This document shows positions 26,217 to 31,407 of a stretch of DNA of 31,407 nt, one piece after another; position 1 is the stretch's first letter; the number at the start of each line of letters is the position of its first letter. This stretch comes from a virus (lineage: Duplodnaviria > Caudoviricetes): positions 1 through 31,407 of the IMG/VR virus record IMGVR_UViG_3300008261_000246; one strand, 5' to 3'. The translations under genes were made by a program, and so were the position numbers. The notes under the pieces were generated by a model. That model did no database searches and was not told the origin of the DNA. It was given only the letters and a program-made list of their open reading frames with translations.

Positions 26217-27904
26217 CGTTTTTTCATCACTAATATGTATAATCCGTTCCACCACTCTCTTGGATTTTCAAGGCTGTTTAAAATTAATTTTTCATAGGTC
26301 ACGTGGCCACCAACAGCATTAATTCCCTGTCTAGCACCCTCAACTACCCCTTCCCAATTTGCATCGTCAAAAATTAAGATTGCTTCATTATCTAGGCAAC
26401 TAGCATAATGTTGTACTGCACGTCTAGTAGTGTCTAAATCATGGGGGCCATCATAGAAAAACATTTTAATTGGTTTTTCAAATGTACTTGTATCTATACT
26501 AAAAAGATCACCATTATATACATCAACTCTTGATGAACCTTTGTATTTTTTAATATTTTCAGTAAAATTTTCTAAAGTATTTTCAGGTAGTTGTGATATA
26601 TTATTGGTCAATGGCTGAATATTTTGTTGCCAACTATCAACTGCAATAGCATGTATTGGGTTATTTTTTAGTACAGCAGACATTGTTGCTCCAACGCCTG
26701 ACCCAATTTCTAAATATGTATCTACTCCTGATGCAATTGCGTTCAGTAATGATTGAACTCGAATGCTTGTAAGTCCAGGAACATTGGTACTGATTTTTGG
26801 AATTCCACTATCCGCTATACACTCAACAACGTGTTGTACAAGTTCTGAATATTTAATATCAGCTGCCTTTTTGTCGTAGATCTTATCGCAATACTGACAT
26901 TCCCAACATTCAAATTTACAATTTTTAATTTTTTGACGCCATACATTAATGGGCTTATCTACTAGATTTGTTTCTTCTAAATATTTTTCAAATCCGTTAA
27001 TTAATATATCTTCTTCACGAGCAAACTTTTTAATAATTTCCATTGTTTCGTAAAGCCTAGATACTGCTTCTCTTCCATGCATTTTGAAACTGTCAATACC
27101 TAATTCTTCTACAAACTCTACCCAGTCTGCTCTCCAAGGAGGAAAATTAGCTGTTTTAAGATGCACTGCTGGATCTAGTACGTCCCATTTAGGGCAACTA
27201 ACTCTGCTTATTGGATCATTGAAATATTGCGGGTTCGCGCCAACTCTATTATTATTAAATTCAAAATGCTCTACCATCATGGAGCAGCCACCTAAACAAC
27301 CTTCATTGGATAATAGACTAATTGCAATATCTCTACCAGTTGTTTCTTTAATGTATTCTTTAGCCTTTTTAATTTTTAGTAATGTGTCTCGATCTCTCAT
27401 TAGATCTCTGTCCAAATTAATGTAATCAAAACCTGCATTAGCTAAATTAACAACTTCTTGTGCTGTGTGTACTTCTCTTAAAATTGTATTTTTTACGTAT
27501 AGTTCAGGAAATGCGGCTTTAATTTGTCCAGTGGCCATCCAGTGCGTGTGCGGGATTGTGGCATTTCTTATTCCCTTATCGTACAGTGGTTTGAAATTAG
27601 ATATAAAAGTATCTAGATTAGATTGTGTTGGAGCAACATTAATATTGTTGAATGTTGCACTAACAGGAATACCTAATGTGTTTTGAATATACAAGGCAGC
27701 ATCAATTGCATACTGATAATCTTCTTGTATAACAAAAATGTCTCCCATTGCATCTTGCATGAACGGTTTAATTCGAGAAGTAAAATAGACATCTCGAATA
27801 TAATCTTTATATTCTGTTAGAAAATTATAAAATTCTAAATATTGCTCTGGAGACAGCTTTGGGTTAAGTGGGACGCTAAAAATTTTTTTCTTCATATGGG
27901 CCAT
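26213..27904 (-). CDS. Fusion of a U32-like Fe-S TIM-barrel domain and a class I SAM methyltransferase (Methyltransf_24-like)
   Basis: N-domain: G.DYINLDRDL.RD, NEGCLGGC, GID.FKMHGR (compare the U32 G..SLKIEGR motif), CKFECWECQYC. C-domain: YLEIGSGVGAT, A.D.W, FFYDGPH, LIFDD.NW.GV. The start could be 27895. Confidence 0.75.
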   Translation of the reverse strand: MAHMKKKIFSVPLNPKLSPEQYLEFYNFLTEYKDYIRDVYFTSRIKPFMQDAMGDIFVIQEDYQYAIDAALYIQNTLGIPVSATFNNINVAPTQSNLDTFISNFKPLYDKGIRNATIPHTHWMATGQIKAAFPELYVKNTILREVHTAQEVVNLANAGFDYINLDRDLMRDRDTLLKIKKAKEYIKETTGRDIAISLLSNEGCLGGCSMMVEHFEFNNNRVGANPQYFNDPISRVSCPKWDVLDPAVHLKTANFPPWRADWVEFVEELGIDSFKMHGREAVSRLYETMEIIKKFAREEDILINGFEKYLEETNLVDKPINVWRQKIKNCKFECWECQYCDKIYDKKAADIKYSELVQHVVECIADSGIPKISTNVPGLTSIRVQSLLNAIASGVDTYLEIGSGVGATMSAVLKNNPIHAIAVDSWQQNIQPLTNNISQLPENTLENFTENIKKYKGSSRVDVYNGDLFSIDTSTFEKPIKMFFYDGPHDLDTTRRAVQHYASCLDNEAILIFDDANWEGVVEGARQGINAVGGHVTYEKLILNSLENPREWWNGLYILVMKKR

Positions 27905-27906
27905 AA

Positions 27907-27941
27907 AAAAAGGTACTATATACTTATTATAGCACCTTTTT
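27907..27941 (-). terminator. Rho-independent terminator ending the upstream structural operon
   Basis: Minus strand AAAAAGGTGCTATA-ataagta-TATAGTACCTTTTTTT: a long stem (one G-U pair) with a U-tract, 20 nt after stop 27962. Confidence 0.7.
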
Positions 27942-27954
27942 AGTAAAATGTAAA
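27926..27954 (-). promoter_or_regulatory. Sigma70-type promoter for the enzyme operon
   Basis: TTTACA (27954-27949), 17 nt spacer, TATAAT (27931-27926), with an extended -10 TGn. Confidence 0.72.
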
Positions 27955-27961
27955 ACTGAAT

Positions 27962-28504
27962 TTAAGGATTGAATTTTGCGGCAAATTCTACAGTTTTTTC
28001 CAACTTGTGTGTATATGCTGTTAACTGTACATCAAAATAATTAGAAAAGAATACTTGTGCATCATTTAAGTTAGTTAGTTGGTTCACTAACGTCAGCAAT
28101 CTTTCTTTAGTATTTGGCTCATTATCCGCAGATAACTTAGTCGAAATGTGTATTTTTGCAATGGCTTTTAACAAATCTGTGCAGTTCTTATCATCTTCTG
28201 GAGTCAAGTAGTACAGTTGCTTTCTGTAGTTATTATCGCCTTTACTTGTAGGGGAGATAATTTCTTCATAGGTACCAAAGTTTCTAACTAGTAATGCAAT
28301 TTCACCATCTATTGATGAGGCAAGTTTGTCAGATTTAGCAACCTTTTCTGAAATTACTTCGTGTGGCATCCACTTCAAATAAACATCTTGTTCATGTTCA
28401 GGCGCAATAAATGCGATACTATAGTGCCAGTATTTTCCAAAGATATTCATCTTTGGATCCAGTCTTGGATCATTACTGGCTAGTGTTTCGAATACTATAT
28501 ACAT
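27962..28504 (-). CDS. Hypothetical protein
   Basis: 180 aa ORF overlapping the upstream gene by 32 nt. Confidence 0.72.
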   Translation of the reverse strand: MYIVFETLASNDPRLDPKMNIFGKYWHYSIAFIAPEHEQDVYLKWMPHEVISEKVAKSDKLASSIDGEIALLVRNFGTYEEIISPTSKGDNNYRKQLYYLTPEDDKNCTDLLKAIAKIHISTKLSADNEPNTKERLLTLVNQLTNLNDAQVFFSNYFDVQLTAYTHKLEKTVEFAAKFNP

Positions 28505-29348
28505 TTAGTAAGTCCTCGGCATCGTTTGGTACATCTGCTTTTTGAGCATTTTGCTCACTGTTATGGTCAATCAAGTGAGCTGATGTAGGGAATGTTAAAT
28601 CCTTATGATCGCTTGCTTGTTGCATTTGTATCATTTGTGTAGCTTCATTTTGCAATCTTGTTTGATAAGATTGTAGTTGTGTACTAAAGTTCACAGTCAA
28701 CGCAAGTGTTTCTGCTTGTTGTTCTGGACTCATACTTAGTATAGCATCCATATTGCCTGTACCAATACGACCATAAAATAACATATCGCAAGCAGCCTGT
28801 TTAGCTAATCTGTTTGTCCAATATTGTGCTTCATATAAATCTTCTTCTTCAGTATCTAAAATATCAGCATAAGTTCTTCCAGAACCGTCTGGTAATATAG
28901 CTTCATCAGAAGACATAAATTCGTCAATCAAATCGATCAAATGTTGTCTTTCTAAATACCAATCTTGAATTCGTCTCTTGCTCATGTAAATGCTTCTATC
29001 AGTTTTCCACATTTCAATATCTGCAAGACGTTTGTCCAAATCGTCAGGGGAATTATCTTTAATACGTTGATATCTGTCATACTCAACTTGCAATTTTGCA
29101 ATTTCATATTCCATGTTTTCCAAAGATTCTTCTTTACTTTTTAATTCTAAAAGCCATTGGCGATATTTAGAAAATGGAGTAATTTGTTGTTGACCAACGA
29201 ACCAACGCAATTTATATTTTGGGTTAGTCCATTCTTTATTCATCGCTCTTTCGATTAATTTCTTACCAGCGTCATCAACCATGCTTACGTCTGTATTGAT
29301 TGTGCTTTGAAATCTCTGAGAGTGGTATTGTTTAATTCTATCTGTCAT
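28473..29348 (-). CDS. Coiled-coil hypothetical protein (possible fibre assembly/chaperone factor)
   Basis: 291 aa, E/K/Q-rich heptads (LLELKSKEESLENMEYEIAKLQVEY). GAGGGA SD and an upstream TAAATA box. The function is inferred only from context. Confidence 0.72.
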   Translation of the reverse strand: MTDRIKQYHSQRFQSTINTDVSMVDDAGKKLIERAMNKEWTNPKYKLRWFVGQQQITPFSKYRQWLLELKSKEESLENMEYEIAKLQVEYDRYQRIKDNSPDDLDKRLADIEMWKTDRSIYMSKRRIQDWYLERQHLIDLIDEFMSSDEAILPDGSGRTYADILDTEEEDLYEAQYWTNRLAKQAACDMLFYGRIGTGNMDAILSMSPEQQAETLALTVNFSTQLQSYQTRLQNEATQMIQMQQASDHKDLTFPTSAHLIDHNSEQNAQKADVPNDAEDLLNVYSIRNTSQ

Positions 29349-29375
29349 GTGTCCCTCTAAATATATTAAGTCTTA

Positions 29376-29383
29376 TATTTAAC
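29376..29383 (-). promoter_or_regulatory. Putative late promoter (GTTAAATA)
   Basis: TAAATA core in the 39-nt gap upstream of 29348. Confidence 0.45.
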
Positions 29384-29387
29384 CTAA

Positions 29388-30440
29388 TTAATCTCGCCAG
29401 GAGTTAGTTGCGGAACTGTTTCCACCATTACCCTTAGGTTCAGTAGTACTGCCCATAGTTTGTCCAGTTCTTGTTTGATAGATAAATTTATATGTGGTAT
29501 TAACGTGGGAACCGTTATAAAACCCTAAACAGTAGCCCCAATCTTGTCCTACTGTGAAATTTTCTTCCCCACTCTGATTTGGCTTTGACCCAACGACATC
29601 TCTTGAAGCATTGGTAATCATGTCTGTTTCTCGCCAATTAGTGCTCGGATTACCTTCTCTGCCACTCATGTGCATACCTTGTTTGAATGGAATTGTGTGT
29701 TGATAGCCATCTCCTGCTACCGCAGTTGTAGAACGAGTAGTCATTGTTCTAGTGGCAAAATAAAAATTTCTTTCACCGTTTCCATAAAAAATGCCCAAAT
29801 TTTCATGACTAGTTGCCCAATTTTGACCACCGGTACTATTACCATAATTTGCACCTAATGTTTCAGTAACAAGATCAAATTCATATGTTGCACTAGAACC
29901 ATATGTACTAGTAACCCATGCTTTGTATACTTCTTGTTGTACTGTGCCATTATTAATATGGGCAAAGGGCCAGCTTCTTGTATATCCAGAAGTTCTTCTA
30001 ACTTCTGTTCGCATATTGAAACAGATAACGTTGGAAGCTGCCACACAGTGACCTCCTGAAGCTCCCCAAGTAAAGCTAAATGTCTTATTATGAGCTTGGC
30101 TTTGATAATTGTGAGCCGCTTCTTGTTTCTGATCACCCCCAGTTAAATCTACTGTTGTATCTGTAGCAAACGTAGTTCTGTTGGTTGTGTTGAAAACCAC
30201 ACTTGATTGATATCCCCCGTGCTGATATCCTGTAGTAATAATTTGTCTAGTAAGAAATGGAATTCCTTGGTTACGCCAAGTACCTTGACCGTATTGTCCT
30301 GATTCAGTTGGGCTAAACACTTCAATTGCGTTTTTTCCTGTATTATATCTCATTTGTGCTTGGCCACTAGTGTTAAACACAGGGCCTGGCAAAGTTAAAA
30401 AGCCAGTATCATTAATTCGTGTATTTCTTAAATTTGCCAT
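29388..30440 (-). CDS. Virion structural protein with a kelch-like beta-propeller domain (paralog A)
   Basis: The N-terminal MANLRNTRINDTGFLTLP...MRYNT...EVF is a virion-anchor-type motif. GY..GGY and repeated F..(R/D)T(E/D) units recur every 35-50 aa. Start set at ATG 30440 (TAATG coupling). Confidence 0.7.
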   Translation of the reverse strand: MANLRNTRINDTGFLTLPGPVFNTSGQAQMRYNTGKNAIEVFSPTESGQYGQGTWRNQGIPFLTRQIITTGYQHGGYQSSVVFNTTNRTTFATDTTVDLTGGDQKQEAAHNYQSQAHNKTFSFTWGASGGHCVAASNVICFNMRTEVRRTSGYTRSWPFAHINNGTVQQEVYKAWVTSTYGSSATYEFDLVTETLGANYGNSTGGQNWATSHENLGIFYGNGERNFYFATRTMTTRSTTAVAGDGYQHTIPFKQGMHMSGREGNPSTNWRETDMITNASRDVVGSKPNQSGEENFTVGQDWGYCLGFYNGSHVNTTYKFIYQTRTGQTMGSTTEPKGNGGNSSATNSWRD

Positions 30441-31407
30441 TAATCTCTCCAGGCACAAGTGCCAGAACTTGCGCCGCCCTTACCTTTTGGTTCGAGCGTG
30501 CTTGAATTTTGTGCCCCAGTTTCAGTGTAGTAATACCACTTCCAACTAGCATTATTTTGTGCGCCATTATACATGCCTAGCATGTATTGCCAGTCTTGAC
30601 CAACTGTATAATTTTCTTCACCACTATTACCAATTGGTTTTCCTGAAGTCCCCATTGTAGTATCTGTTTGCATATTGGTTCTTCTTAGGTTATTTCCGCC
30701 TGCATAGTCGCCTTCGTTGCCAGCCCAACACCACATATATTTACTTTGTACAGATTTTTGCTGATCGTGTGCGGAAACAGCATTTCGATAATTTCCAGAC
30801 TGTATTGTTCGAGTTGCAAAATCAAGTCTATCTTGATCTCCTCCCCAATACAAGTATCCAAAATTTTCATGGCTCATTCCCCATCCTTCTGAACTTCTTC
30901 GACAAGTGGCTCCAAGTGTTCCTACTAGTGTCTGTGTGGTCATGTTAAATTCTTCAATAGCACCAGAGCCACCCATGGACACCCAAGCAAGATAATGTTC
31001 TTTAAACACGGTACCAAATCTAAATCTACTGTTAGCCATTGTTCTGCTAAATCCACTTCCTGGATTATATGCTTGCTCTGTTCGCATATTAAACGCAATA
31101 ACGTAGTTACTGTTGATAGCGTGGCCGTTACCTGCACCAAACACATAGGCTAAATTGGTACTACATGCGCCGCTTTGATAATTGAAACTACGTTCAATTG
31201 AGTTGTCGCCTAAGTTAATAGTTACGTCTGTGGCCACACTGGTTCTATTAACGTTATTCCAAGCTGCTGAATCTTTATACCCGCCTTGTAGGTATGCAGT
31301 GGTAATAATTTGTCTTGTTAAAAACGGTATTGCCATTTCTATCCAAACACCATTACTTTGAAATTGTTCAACTCTACCAGTATCAGTGTTTAATCTAATA
31401 GATCCAG
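30440..31407 (-). CDS. Virion structural protein with a kelch-like beta-propeller domain (paralog B), 5'-partial
   Basis: The frame stays open past 31336 to the window end (GSIRLNTDTGRVEQFQSNGVWIEMAIPF). It is collinear with paralog A (IPFLTRQIITT, NYQS, FNMRTE, SHEN.G, FATRT, SGEEN.TVGQDW.Y.LG.YNG, EPKG.GG.SS.T..WRD). Confidence 0.75.
   Translation of the reverse strand, partial: GSIRLNTDTGRVEQFQSNGVWIEMAIPFLTRQIITTAYLQGGYKDSAAWNNVNRTSVATDVTINLGDNSIERSFNYQSGACSTNLAYVFGAGNGHAINSNYVIAFNMRTEQAYNPGSGFSRTMANSRFRFGTVFKEHYLAWVSMGGSGAIEEFNMTTQTLVGTLGATCRRSSEGWGMSHENFGYLYWGGDQDRLDFATRTIQSGNYRNAVSAHDQQKSVQSKYMWCWAGNEGDYAGGNNLRRTNMQTDTTMGTSGKPIGNSGEENYTVGQDWQYMLGMYNGAQNNASWKWYYYTETGAQNSSTLEPKGKGGASSGTCAWRD

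Noticed and set aside
26885-26922. CxxxCxxC as a radical SAM motif
   Set aside because: It lies after the barrel rather than near its start, extends to a fourth Cys, and the domain motifs fit a U32-like protein better.
3357-27686. Numerous 60-150 aa ORF-track entries antisense or nested in long genes (e.g. 6961..7317, 11603..12034, 14665..15114, 27084..27425)
   Set aside because: They are shadow ORFs of strongly supported genes, with no SD, motifs or independent promoters.
29388-31407. DGR template/variable repeat pair between the paralogs
   Set aside because: The similarity is gene-wide at protein level with synonymous divergence. There is no adenine-specific near-identical repeat and no reverse transcriptase in the window.

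Overview
About 31 kb of an AT-rich, gene-dense large myophage (T4-related, probably jumbo) genome, covering the virion morphogenesis region. The left part (minus strand) holds a partial PG-binding protein, a probable internal head protein, a gp16-like small terminase, gp4 head completion protein, a tube-fold baseplate protein, tail tube, a very large tail sheath (1223 aa), a dNMP kinase and a split gp13 neck gene. The middle part (plus strand) holds gp14, gp15, an internally deleted Nudix gene, two long fibre proteins (one with an S74 chaperone), a PA14 lectin tip protein and a subtilase. The right part (minus strand) holds two paralogous kelch-like beta-propeller virion proteins and two uncharacterised genes, then a separately promoted operon of tailoring enzymes: a U32-like Fe-S/SAM-methyltransferase fusion, a flavin-dependent halogenase and two 2OG-Fe(II) oxygenases. 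The main points of interest are this enzyme operon, three amicyanin-type H...CxxHxxM blue-copper motifs on likely virion proteins, TAAATA late promoters 5-7 nt before SD-less ATGs, and three short deletion-like lesions that may be assembly artefacts. No tRNA, rRNA, CRISPR array or mobile element was seen. All family calls are from motif recognition, not database searches.
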